A program made the translations under genes and the position numbers. Below the pieces are notes generated by a model. It saw only the letters and a program-made list of their open reading frames with translations. It was not told where the DNA came from and ran no database searches. A stretch of 63,517 nucleotides of DNA, counting the filler, from Lenisia limosa (Eukaryota; Protista; Breviatea): assembly GCA_001655205.1 (NCBI GenBank). It is 7 parts of 7 records of this genome, joined end to end, with 100 filler letters (N's around TTAATTAATTAA, not from the genome) between each part and the next. Parts side by side here need not be neighbours in the genome. Positions count along the whole stretch, not along the records: positions 35,776 to 43,101 come from LPNZ01002523.1; positions 43,202 to 54,790 come from LPNZ01007122.1; 5 more parts are not named here. One strand, written 5' to 3'. This document shows, piece after piece, positions 39,540 to 52,021 of the stretch; the stretch's first letter is position 1; each line of letters opens with the position of its first letter.

Positions 39540-42074
39540 ACAAGGGGAGTTGGCATTGCACCACACCAGCAGGCTCTGGTGTTCTGGCCACCATCGCACC
39601 TCTCCACCAATGCCACCATCTGTACAGTGAGTGTTGAAAATGGGGTTCACATTGTCCAAACCCATGTAACAGCTTCTTCAGCCCATCTTACCAGGTGGTG
39701 AAAGAATGTCTAAGTTCCTGCGATGATAAGATCAAATAAATTGGTTGACATGTTCTCAGGTAAAACCTACTTTTCAGGTGTTTGAAGTGATGACTTTTTC
39801 TTGGCCTTCCTTCCTAAAAGAAATCAACAGAACCACTTGTAACTGATTACTAAACTGTGTTTAACAGAAAGAAATGACCATGTCTAACTTACCAAGGTCA
39901 TATCCTGCGTTATCTAGTTCCAGAGAGAGGGGGAGGAAAACATCTCGTAAACCAAAAGAGTAAGAGCGGTACTTGGCCTCCAATGGCACCATACACCCTA
40001 CTGCTCTCCACTACTGGAATTAAGGTTGTCTTTTTGGAAACAATACACAAATACATAGTATATACTATATCATATTTCGATATGTACTATATATGAAAAA
40101 ATAACAGTGATACCATCAAGAGCCAGATCCCATAAGCACAAATTTGTCTAAGATTTCCTGAGTAAAGAGATATTCTATGGATCTATGATCTTCAAGATAG
40201 TGTTATATATGTATACAGGGAGTAAACTTCCAAATCAACATCCTCAAACCTTATTGAATATTTCAATGGGTGTTGAGTTTGCCCAATCAAGGGTTCCATC
40301 TTCAGGTTGAATTTTTCGAGCAAGATTGAATTCTCCTGAAATTGTCATACACTCTGAAGGAAATGGAAGCCACTTGCTTACTACTTTTGAAATAACTTGT
40401 CACAATTTTTTTTTGTTTGGACCAAATGAGAATTCGTATTGGAAACAATGAACACGCCATATCAAAACGTACCTGAGGGCTGTTGAATAGCCTTGGTCAT
40501 GTAGAACGGAAGGGCTCGGATGGTGTCCTCTAGTAATGTGGCTCCGCGAAACGACAGGTCCGCAAGAAGAGATTTGTAGTTGAATGAAGGAAGAATATTC
40601 TAATATGTGACTGAAGTAATCATAAAGCACAGAGGTCTAAAGCCCACAAATCCCAAACCAAATAAAGATTTCTGAAATACCCACAAACAACGGATTGTTG
40701 AGCAAGGATCTTGCCTTCATCAAACTTCCTGGGGGATACTTCGAGGATTGTCACTCCTGTTACTATCACTTCCAGAAATATCCAGAGTCAAAGTGCATAA
40801 ATGGATAAACAGTTGTGGATGGACACACCAACCAGTGACATGCTCGCAATTGAGAAGGGCTCTTTGGATTGGTGCGGCACCTCGATACCTGTATGGTGAT
40901 CCAGTCATAGTCTTGAAAAGGTCTGTTATACTGCAATTAGTGATAAAGTTGAGCTTGGAGATTGCACATAAGATCTATTCTCGGGGCGAAATGGGTAACA
41001 GGGCCAAACTAGCTTACTGGGGTAAAAGAGAAGGGTGAACATTGAGAGCGGCAACATCAAAATGCTCAATGCACTTCGAAGGGATCATTGCCCCAAAAGA
41101 AGCTACAGCAGCTAAATCGAAAGGCCTCCAAGGCTACAGTGTCAGGAACCACAGAAGGCAAAAGGAAAGAAAGTAACATCACTCTGTAGAGATTACAAAT
41201 CAAATATATATATTTGCATACAATAAAGTTTTTGAACTGCTTTCTCGGTATGACTCTAAATTTGATGTCGTTCAGCTCTGAAAAAAGTGCAACTATAACA
41301 GTCAGTACAGTAAGTACAACTCACCGTCCACAAAATGTTGATTCATACTTTGACAATAATGCAGAGAGTATTGATAATTTCTATTTGTGCAAAAATAGGT
41401 CACTTAGCTAATATAAAAAACACCTACGGAAAACAAAATCCAAATTAATGACTTACCATCGCAGTTTGGAGTGAGAGTCACGACTTCCAGATCCGTCACA
41501 ATGTTATTGTGACTCACTGACGCACCTGAACAGTAAAATATTCTGGATTAGTCCGAAATAACAATTTCTCATAATAATTAAAAAAAAAGAGAAGATAGGA
41601 GCAAGAATGAGGGAAAATACTGTGAACAAGTTTCTCATGCCATTTATCTAATAAAATGGTCAGACTTGCTGGTAATATATGCACTCCTGAAATACCCTTC
41701 ACATACTTGCTCTATGAAGCATTTTTAGAACTGGGAGGGAGAATCTGTCCGTTCCAAAAAACAGGACGGAGTAAGGAGGCGAGGGCACATCACAGCCTTG
41801 TGTGTAAATCATAGTAATCGTGGGACAATTACCATTGGACAAGCTATAAATACACCGACCTTCAAGCATAGGTGAGATGGATGGCGAAAAGGACGTCTTT
41901 TTGAACTTTATCGCATAGTTTCTGGTTAATTAATTGAGAATGAACCCGCTTGGGATGGGATAACAGAAATTTGTATTGCTCTTGTAAAACCCCAAAAACC
42001 AACCGAGAAAAAGCCAATAGGGGAGCCTTTGTCATAGTTGTTGGCCCAAAGAGCAACTTTGTGGCCGCCAACAT
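39540..42074 (-). CDS. MTFMT: Mitochondrial methionyl-tRNA formyltransferase
   Basis: Spliced: YSVLFFGTDRFSLPVLKMLH; FDLAAVASFGAMIP..ALNVHPSLLP|.YRGAAPIQRALLNCEHVT|GVTILEVSPRKFDEGKILAQ; LADLSFRGATLLEDTI; ARKIQPEDGTLDWANSTPIEIFNK|WRAVGCMVPL. The upstream MLAATKLLFGPTTMTKAPLLAFSRL looks like a targeting peptide. Both ends are approximate. Confidence 0.9.
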
Positions 42075-44779
42075 TCTAAGAGGCTCAGAAAAAAGTACAG
42101 TAATGAAAAGACGGAGAACGAAGGCCTCTTCTAGAAATGTTAATTATATTGTAGAGGACTTGGCGATAACTTCAGAGGACGCTTCTGTCTTACGGAAGTT
42201 GTTGCTTGAGATCAGATCTGCTCCACATTACCATTGTTATTATATTATATTATATTATATTTTTTTTGTGATCCCATATATTATGAAAAGTGATTAGAAT
42301 CAAAAGTAATCATATTAACAGTTGAAATAATTTCAACCTCATTGGTTTCAAGGTTTCAACAAGAATACAGACATATACAGACAGATAGATATTTAAAGAT
42401 TATATTTTTTTACTGAAGGTCAAACAAAGAAATAGACTACGTTAAATATATCTTTTCCGCAAACTGGAACCAGCGTGTAAGTCTACCATGACCACCTGCC
42501 AGCAGCGCTTTTAGTCATCCAATGACGGATACCGTTGTTGAACACGACAAGATCACGGTAGACCCCTCCCTACCTATCTCTGGACAGGTATGACACGATT
42601 CTTCCATTTATATTTTGTTTTGTTTTTTGTTTACCAGTTTGTTCTACATGATATCCCAAGTTAATTAACACCAATTTTACTATCGGGAGCCCTTGAGTAA
42701 TTTTGTTTTTTGGTCAAGGAATACACTTTTGTATACTCTCACCCAATAAGATTGGAGGTGACGAGGTACCCTTGTCTCCCCTCTCAACACTTTCGCGCTC
42801 TTCTTCATTTTCGTCACATACTAATGCAAATGTGGACCTTTTGCGCTCTTGCTTTCTTCTAGCTTTTCCTGGTGAGCGGAATGTCATGTTTTCTACTGAG
42901 GTGTGGTGTAGAGTTCATGAAGGCAAATTCGCTGAACTGGGAACTATTTTTTTGAATTCGTGGTTAATTATTATGAACAAAAAATATTAATGTTCTCCTC
43001 TCCCATTTGGCAACATCAATGGAAAATGAGTGCTGGGAATAAGTTTGTTTCAATTTGGGATGCGGTACTGCAGAAGCGACTGACCTAGGCTTTGTTTGTT
43101 TNNNNNNNNNNNNNNNNNNNNNNNNNNNNNNNNNNNNNNNNNNNNTTAATTAATTAANNNNNNNNNNNNNNNNNNNNNNNNNNNNNNNNNNNNNNNNNNN
43201 NGTGTTTTACTGTTTAGAAACCCATTGCTCTGGATAAAGCGAGAAATGGCGCACTTTCAGAGGCTCGCTTTATGCAACATCTAGCTGCATTATGTCGCAA
43301 CATTTATTCTCATAGTGTTCATTCAAAACTAATCTATAATTGTGATTTGCAAGATTGCCCTTTGAAGTCATTTTAATAGGCAACATGAGGATAAATACAA
43401 CCATACACTCCCTTTTTGCGAAATTATCGGCCAATTTTTCCTCTATTACTCCTCCTTTACCAAAAACACTACTCCGAGCTCCAGAATACACTCTACTCTT
43501 CCGTAATCCTCATATCCAGCTACCCAGAGTAACTCCATTTAGCGATCGGTATCCCACGATTGCTTTTGCTTCTCCTCCCGCCCGCTTATGTTCGCACTCT
43601 GCTTAATCCGATCATATTTAGTATCCATCTCCTCCCAAGCCTTTTCTTCTGCTCTCTTGAACTCTTCTCCAACCTTTCTGCTCCAAATACGTGGAGCTCT
43701 CCAAGTGTTCTACTAGCCCTCCAATTCTCATTTTCCTCATTGTCTCTCTTTTTCTCCATTTGATCATCACCCCTGTATATTTGCCTTGTATTATTCCATA
43801 CTTATGAAATCGTTTAACCAATTAATGCAAAAATGCCCAAACCTGGACTTTTCCGCGTACTTGCACGCTCCTTGATGGCATATTTAGCAGCCCAAAATAC
43901 ATTATAATCAAAGAGAACACAATAGATCACGAATTTTAGGACAATGTGTCAAGAAATTTTCTTGGCAAATAGCTCCCCAAGAGGAGCACAGATGAAGAAC
44001 GAAGGGCGCTCCAGAAGGGCTACATAACGAAATATGTTTTAAAAATAGAGCTATTTAGAGGCAAATGGTAAAAAAAGGAAGATAGTAGTTTGGATGGTAA
44101 AATTTATGACTTCAGGAACTGTTTCAAAGGCTCTTTCTAGTGCTTCAATTGTTCATAATAAGACGCATTATAAACCCCCCCATGAACATTTTGAGCTGGA
44201 CGGATAAAGTCATTTAGACCCAGTGGGGGGATTAGGCTCCTGGGCGGTGGTTGGTTCATGCAGGGTCATGACCCTGGTGCCGGGGGGGCGTCGAAAATGA
44301 TCGGGGCATCTCAAATAGACATGGGGGATCTATACAACGTTTTTAGAATGTAATAAAGAAGCTAAGAACATTGGGAAGCCCCTTTCTGAGAACATCACTT
44401 GAACCTCTCGGTGGATCTTAAGCCCTTCTTTTGCAGTTCCTCGTCGATAGACTACAGATGTGTTCACAGGTTAGTTTTTGAGGCTTCTTTCACTTCTTCC
44501 ATTCTGCCTCCATCACCACACGTATGTGCCTGTTGATTTATTAGTGCCTTTTCAGGAAAAATCTCTGAGCTGGTTTTTTGAAGATGGTTTTCACTACCTT
44601 ATCGTATGTATTTTATTTTGGGGAAATATCTTTCAATGTGTATTCTGGTTTCAATTTCCCTTAAAATTGCTCCAAAATTCATCGATTTGCGCAACAGGAA
44701 AATAAATGCCGAACCTTCTTGTCATTATGAGCCAACTTTCTCTCAAACAATTAACCTATCTTAGAATTACAATTGAATT

Positions 44780-45790
44780 TTTTGCACCTTAAAAAAAATA
44801 AGTACAGAGAAGATGGAAATAGGATGATAGTGTATAGTGGAGAGAGTGGAAAAGCAAAAGACAATCCATTAAAAGATAGTTACAAAGCGCAAGATTATCC
44901 ATAACAAAGAGAGTGGAACAGCACAAGATTATCCAAAATGAAAAGCGAAGGAATATCCATAACAACGAGAGTTTAAAGGCGCAAGATTATCCAAAACAAG
45001 ATAGTTGCAAAGCGCAAGAATATCCAGAAACAAGGGAGTGGAAAAGCACAAGAACATCAATAACAGCTAGTTGAAAAACGTAAGATTATACATAACAAAG
45101 AAAGAATATCAATAATAGAGAGTGGAAAGGTGAAAGACAGATCCATACAACGAGAGTTTAAAGGCGCAAGATTATCCATAACAAAGAGAGTTGCAAAGCA
45201 CAAGAATATCAATAACAGGTAGTTGAAAAAAGCAAAAATACCCCGCGCGCTCCTGCCACACAGGACGCTGTCACAGGGCACTGAATGAAGACGTCATTGG
45301 AGCTGAAGAACCCATCGTCTACTTTGGGAGCAGTGGCGGCACCGGCACACGCCTAGGGGGGTAAAATTGGAAACTGTATGAAGCAAAAAAAGGACTCTTA
45401 GCGCACGGCGCGCACACACACTATGTGGCGTTGGCACCAAGCTGTAATGGATTGGACAGATGTATTGCGTAATTCTCGTGGAACCTGGGGGGAGGGGGTA
45501 AAAATAAGGAAGTTTCGATGAAGAATATTGGGGGTAAATGGGAAAATTGATGACACAAACAAGAATATCCATAAAAAAGATAGTTGAAAAGCGCAAGAAT
45601 ATCCATAACAGGAAGTTGAAAAGCGCAGGAATATCTGTAAAAAAGATAGTTGAAAAACGCAACAATATCAATAACAAAGATTGAAATGCACAAGAATAGC
45701 ACCACGAAGAGAGTTGTATATCACTAGAGTATTAATAACAAAGATAGTTAAAAAGCGCAACATCGATATAATAAAGATAATTATGTGCAT
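44780..45790. repeat. Degenerate 32-35-bp minisatellite (agttgaaaagcgcaagaatatccataacaaaga) in two blocks flanking GC-rich exons
   Basis: Repeated gcgcaaga(t/a)tatcc..aaca units at 44860-45225 and 45560-45780. Confidence 0.8.
45237..45484 (-). CDS. Two exons of a probable Cys-rich surface protein
   Basis: Spliced frame VPRELRNTSVQSITAWCQRHI|ACAGAATAPKVDDGFFSSNDVFIQCPVTASCVAGARG with AG/GT ends. It resembles the C..C.G...GYW...CP...C pattern of protist Cys-rich membrane proteins. Confidence 0.4.
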
Positions 45791-48700
45791 TTATCCTCAC
45801 CGCTCCCCACCTTCAAAGTAATGTAGATATTCCCTTCATTTGAAACACACTGGTCCAGATTTATTTTTATACCTATACAACAAGCCATGTCAACGGTTAT
45901 TGTTGAAAATTACAAAGATGATGCTTCTATGTCAGCGTTGGTTTATTTTTTAAAAAAAACGTAGGTCCATTTGCCCCATTAAGTTACCCTTTTCTCTATC
46001 TTGGGTTTTGTTTAACTTGNNNNNNNNNNNNNNNNNNNNNNNNNNNNNNNNNNNNNNNNNNNNNNNNNNNNNNNNNNNNNNNNNNNNGGTTGTCTTTTGG
46101 GAGGTGATAAAAAACCAATCTGGGTTTGGGCTAATCCTGTAAAAAAACACAAAGGATTGTCAGCATATTCTCGCGGAACGTGCGTAGAGTACAGGTTCCA
46201 AGGTGACTGTGAAGCAAGGAGAAGAGGTTTTCGACTTTGTCAGTGGAGGCTGCTCGAAGGTTCACTAGTGGTATTGATGATAGTGATGACAGTTTTTGTA
46301 GGTGTGGAAGGGTAGTGATGGTCAGATTGGTAAGGGGCATTGGCAACATGGCAGCTGAGAGTGGCATTTGAGAAGAGTCGGGATTCTTATGTGGCAGGAC
46401 CGGTAGCGACACCGAAGAAACAGGCTCAATTGACTCAACGTGAAAAAAAACCTGGTAATTGTGAAGAAAACAAAAACACAATATGGTTACATCAAATAGC
46501 AACACCAAAGAGGCTGAATTAAAGGAAATTCAATATAGTATAACATAAACACTATTATTTTGCTAAGAGTGAACGATACACAATTAAAAATTAATGCGAT
46601 CCAACCGTCGTAGTACATTTTTGGTAATACCAATATACTAGTCGTGGCAAGGAAGTTTTCACAGTTTCAAGTGCATAAAGGGTCTAAAAACCTAGCGGAG
46701 TTGAACAATATTACGATGAGAGAGTGAAAATGTGAAACCAAAAACAACAAAGAGGAAATGAAAAACAATCCCTACACATAAATATACAATGCAATAATCC
46801 TCATTTTCGACCCACTATCAGAAGTTTTTGTTGAAGAAAACTGTCTCCAACTTATTCAGCTCCAATGGTGATCAACCCCTGCTGGTGAAAAAGAAACGAA
46901 ACAAAAATAACTTTGATGAGAGGAAATAAATAGGATAAACTATCCTAATATAATTAATTTTCATTGAAAATAATCAAAGCTCAATAACAACCAACAAAAA
47001 TAACAAATCAAAGCTTACTTTTTTTAACACAAGCAACAAAAATATTACGAGAATGAACGCTCAAGACAGCATTGCATGTACAATGAAAAAGTGTAGAAAA
47101 ACCAACAGAAATATATCTAAATCCTTCTTTTGGTAAACCACAGAATGCAAGAGTGAGGAAGGAAGCTCCCAGCATACGTCTGAAAGGAAGATAATTAAGC
47201 TATTTTGGCTCCTTGAAACAGCAGAAGAGGATGAGGGCAGCCGAAAAAGGAGACTTCAAGCTCTGCCTGATTTTCTAAACCACTAACGTGTCTATTCGTG
47301 TCGTCGAGTTGACTATAAAGCCTTTACCAATTACCATTACCACCTTGCGATTTCAAAGCTAAAAGAGGAAAAAATAATAAAAAGAGGTATGCGACAAATC
47401 TGGGAACATTTTCGAGGGTCCAGCGGCGGATCGGGAAGTCTACAAGCATTCACTGGAAGAATTTGCTAGCAGGTGGGTGTGGGGGTGACCCTGGTGCCGG
47501 GCGGCCAGAAAAATGACAGGGGTCAATATGATAAACCTGGGGGACCGAAATAACGTTATTAATCATAAACGAGTTGCGATAGCAACGAAGTCTTGCCTTT
47601 TGGTTGCTTCGGCGTAATTAATCGCCTTATTTCGCCATTTTGCCATCAAATGTCACAGATATGTTTCCTTGTCAAAAAATCGAGCCTTCTTTTGAATCTC
47701 TAATTTCCTTCCCTGCAGCACACAATTTCGGTAAGATATTCTTAGCTGCTAATGCAAAAAAAATCTCTTAGCAGGTTTTTTTGAGGACAGATTGTTTTTA
47801 CCNNNNNNNNNNNNNNNNNNNNNNNNAATTTTAACTTTTCACAATGCAATACCGTGAGTGATGCGTCAGTCCCTCACTGTCAAATAACATCATAATTATG
47901 CCCTTAAAAAAAAGTTGTGGGAGGAGAAACAGGAATGATGATTACAATTTCGGAGAGTTGCAAATTCTTGGTCCGCTATTCTTTAGTCACATCCGAAAAA
48001 GTAGTTTACTTGTTCTCGATGTGGCTAAGCCTGTTTTTTTGAAACTTTCTATTTTGTTAGTTCAGGTTGGTGGCTATTCAAAGGCAACTTGTACTTGTGA
48101 AAAAGGGTCTTTCAAAGAAAAAAAAAATCCAATAAACCCGGTCCGTGGGCCAGAATTTTTTAAAAAGTGAACACGGTCATGTCCCTGGACACGGTCATGA
48201 CCCCCACCTATATTGATACTCCTGCCTATTCTTTTGAATAAAACCCTGAAAAAACGAGTGTTTCGGGAGATAATTTGAAAACGAGAAAAAAAGGAGCGTA
48301 TTGGGTCAAAAAGTGAAGAAAAGTCTCCATTTTTGTTCACGATTCGCGGTTTTAACTAGCTACATATGCGTGATATACATATCAGAAACGATAATATATC
48401 GATATGCATGGAAATATGATAATTTCTGGTACTCAGAACTCAGAAAGAATATATCTAAGTTAGTAGAATGAACTCCAATTTCTCTTACAGAATGAGCGGG
48501 GGATTCTCTTGCACTTGCTTGAAACTTGATAACGCGGAAAAGTCGGTTTGACAACTTTCCAGGGGAACCAGAGAGGAGAACCCGGCGGCGGATCGGGAAG
48601 TGATCTCTGTCTTTAGTCCTGTGACAACTTATGGAAAGAAGAGCTACACAGCAAAAAATGACAAGTCTTGCCAGGATAGATAACAACAAGGCTATTACAA

Positions 48701-49417
48701 AGGTATTTCCGTATTTCAGCTACAGAACGACGACTGGAGAGAGGAGGGAAGGTGAGGGTACGGAGGCTACTGGGCGAAATAGCGACTTTTATGACTTAAA
48801 AAATTCAATCGATAAGGGTCTTTCAAACACTAAGAAGCAGGAGGCCTCCTCTCATGACAATTAGTATTCCATCAGTCAAATAGTGGTGGATGGTGGAAAC
48901 TGAGTTTCGGAGAGTGGTGGATGGTGGAAACTTTTGTTGCCAGTTGTTTTGTTTTTGATTTTTATTCAGAAAAAAAAAAAAATTGGCGGTAGTGGGACAT
49001 TCAGTCCCTTCGATTGAGACATAGCTGTCACAGTTGAGTCATTGAGTAGTTAATTCAAATGTAATTAGGTTCTTATTAGGTACAAATTAGGTCCAATTAT
49101 TTTATATATATAAATATATATACAACAATTATGCCAAAAACAGTGGAAACCGGGTTTTGGAGAGTGGTGGAATGTGTACAAATTTTGGTGTGACCTGCCT
49201 TAACACCCATATCACCACCAGTCTCAAACAATAGAGGTAACAACCGGGAACGTAGGGATGTCATCCTCCAAGATCCGGTGACTCGATGCCATTCAAAACC
49301 ATGAGATGTGCTGTTTTACTAACTGTAAATATTTGAATGTATAAAATATACTTTTTCAAGTGTTAACAATATATGTAAATATAGAATACTGCAATTTCAC
49401 TATCTTTTTTAATCAAA

Positions 49418-52021
49418 ATGGTTAATTTTACTGTAAATGAAATTCGGGAATGTATGGACTTCCCCAAAAATATTCGCAATATGTCAGTTATTGCTCAGTT
49501 TGTTTAATAAATATTTATTAGTGTTGATCATGGAAAGTCAACTTTGACAGATTCCCTTATTTCAAAGGCAGGTATCATTGCCAGTGCTAAAGCTGGTGAA
49601 ACTCGCTTTACTGACACTCGTCAAGATGAGCAGGATCGTTGTATCACCATCAAATCAACTGGAGTTTCTCTTTTTTATGAAATGGCTAAAGATATGCTCC
49701 CTGAGAAGGACATTCATGATGGCCGCTCAGGATTCCTTATTAATCTTATTGACTCCCCTGGCCATGTTGATTTTAGTTCTGAAGTTACTGCCGCTCTCAG
49801 AGTAACAGGTATTTTTGTAACCTTCTTATATAGATGGCGCCCTTGTGGTTACTGATTGCGTTAGTGGTGTTTGTGTTCAAACTGAGACTGTTTTGAGACA
49901 AGCTCTTGGAGAACGTGTTAAGCCCGTTTTAATGATCAATAAGGTTGATAGGGCATTGTTGGAGTTACAACTTGATCCAGAAGAATGCTATCAGACTTTT
50001 AATCGAGTTGTTGAGAATGTGAACGTTATCATTGCTACTTATTCCGACGAAATGATGGGTGACGTTCAGGTTCATCCTACTGCTGGAACTGTTGCTTTTG
50101 GATCTGGGTTGCATGGGTTGTTCTTTTATTTTAATTCAGATGGGGTTTTACTTTGAATAAGTTCGCCTCCATGTACGCCAAGAAATTTGGAGTTGATAGA
50201 GAAACGTTGCGCCAACGTCTTTGGGGAGATAATTACTTTGACTCTGAAACCAAGAAATGGAAAAAATCAGGTACTACCAAATCAGGAAAACCGCTTCAGC
50301 GGGCTTTCTGTCAGTTTATCATGTCCCCTATTTGTCAGTTGTTCACTACTATCATGAATGGCGAGACCGATAAATACACCAAGATGTTCAAGTCTTTGGG
50401 AATTGTTTTGCGTGGTGAGGATGCTGATTTACGTGAAAAGCCTTTGTTGAAGGTTGTTATGAGGGTTTTTCTTCCTGCTGCAGAGGCTTTGCTCGAAATG
50501 ATTGTGTTGCACCTGCCTTCTCCTCACTGCGCCCAGCGCTACAGGGTTGAAAATCTCTATGAGGGCCCCCAGGACGACGAAATTGCCCAGGGAATTCGCA
50601 ATTGTGACCCTAACGGACCTCTTTGCATGTACGTTTCCAAGATGGTTCCTACTTCTGACAAGGGGCGTTTCTATGCTTTTGGCCGAGTCTTTTCAGGTAA
50701 AATTGTTACTGGTGAAAAGGTTCGTATTATGGGCCCTAATTTCATTCCTGGTAAAAAAACTGATCTTTTTATTAAAAATATTCAACGCGCAATTTTGATG
50801 ATGGGTCGTTATATTGAACCAATTGATGACTGTCCTTGTGGTAACACTATTGGTCTTGTTGGTGTTGATCAGTATCTTTTGAAGTCTGGTACAATTTCCA
50901 ACCACGATTCCTGTCACAATATTAAAGTTATGAAATTTAGTGTTTCTCCTGTTGTTCGTGTTGCTGTGGAGGCCAAAAATCCTCAAGATCTTCCTAAGCT
51001 TGTTGAAGGTTTAAAGCGTTTGGCAAAATCTGATCCCTGTGTTCAATGTTACATGGAAGAATCTGGTGAACATATTGTTGCAGGTGCTGGTGAATTGCAC
51101 ATGGAAATCTGCCTTAAGGATTTACAAGAGGATTTCTGTGCGGGAGCTCCCCTTAAAACTTCTGACCCTGTGGTTTCTTTCCGTGAAACTGTTACTCAGG
51201 AATCTTCCATGAATGTGCTGTCTAAGAGCCCAAACAAGCACAATAGAATTTTCATGAGAGCAGAACCTATGCCAGAGGAGCTTAACATTTTAATTGATGA
51301 GAAAAAGGTTCATCCTAATGATGATGTGAAGACTCGTGCTCGATTTTTGACTGATAACTTCGGCTGGGACAACACGGACGCTCGCAAAATCTGGTGCTTT
51401 GGTCCAGACACCACAGGTCCAAATGTTATTATTGATCAATCCAAGGGTGTGCAATATTTGAATGACATTAAGGATTCGGTTGTGTCTGCTTTCCAGTGGG
51501 CTTCCAAAGAAGGTGTTCTTTGTGGTGAAAATATGCGTGGCGTTCGTGTCAACGTAATGGATGCTTCTCTTCATGCTGATGCCATTCATCGTGGTGGTGG
51601 GCAGATTATTCCCACGGCTCGTCGTTGTACTTACGCTGCTCAATTGACTGCCGAGTCCCGCCTCCTCGAGCCTGTTTTCTTGGCTGAGATTCAGGCACCA
51701 GAAACTGCCCTTGGTGGTATTTATGCTTGCCTCAACAAAAGACGTGGAACTGTTATTGAGGAAATGCCTCGGCCTGGTACCCCTCTTTATCAGGTCAGGG
51801 CACATCTTCCTGTTTTAGAGTCTTTTGGTTTTACTGCCGATCTTCGTTCTCAGACTGGTGGCCAGGCTTTTCCTCAATGCGTTTTTGATCACTGGGCTCT
51901 GTTACAACAGGATCCTCGTGAGGAAGGTTCTAAGGCTTTTGAGCTTGTTCGCAATACTCGTATTCGTAAGGGTTTGAAGGAATCTGTTCCTTCTCTTGAT
52001 AATTTCCTTGATAAAATGTAA
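49418..52021 (+). CDS. EEF2: Eukaryotic translation elongation factor 2, complete; introns at 49498-49521, 49809-49833 and 50117-50139
   Basis: After removing three GT-AG introns: [27 protein letters not shown]|[31 protein letters not shown]|DGALVV, NKVD, GSGLHG|WGFTL, diphthamide loop [17 protein letters not shown], ending [11 protein letters not shown]. Confidence 0.99.

Noticed and set aside
43230-43800. Purine-skewed minus-strand frames as a retroelement ORF
   Set aside because: Multiple stops and no diagnostic motif, so it cannot be classified.
50502-51805. Alternative-frame and antisense ORFs over eEF2 (50502-50798, 50693-50986, 51290-51805)
   Set aside because: They are shadows of the strongly biased eEF2 coding sequence and have no recognisable motifs.
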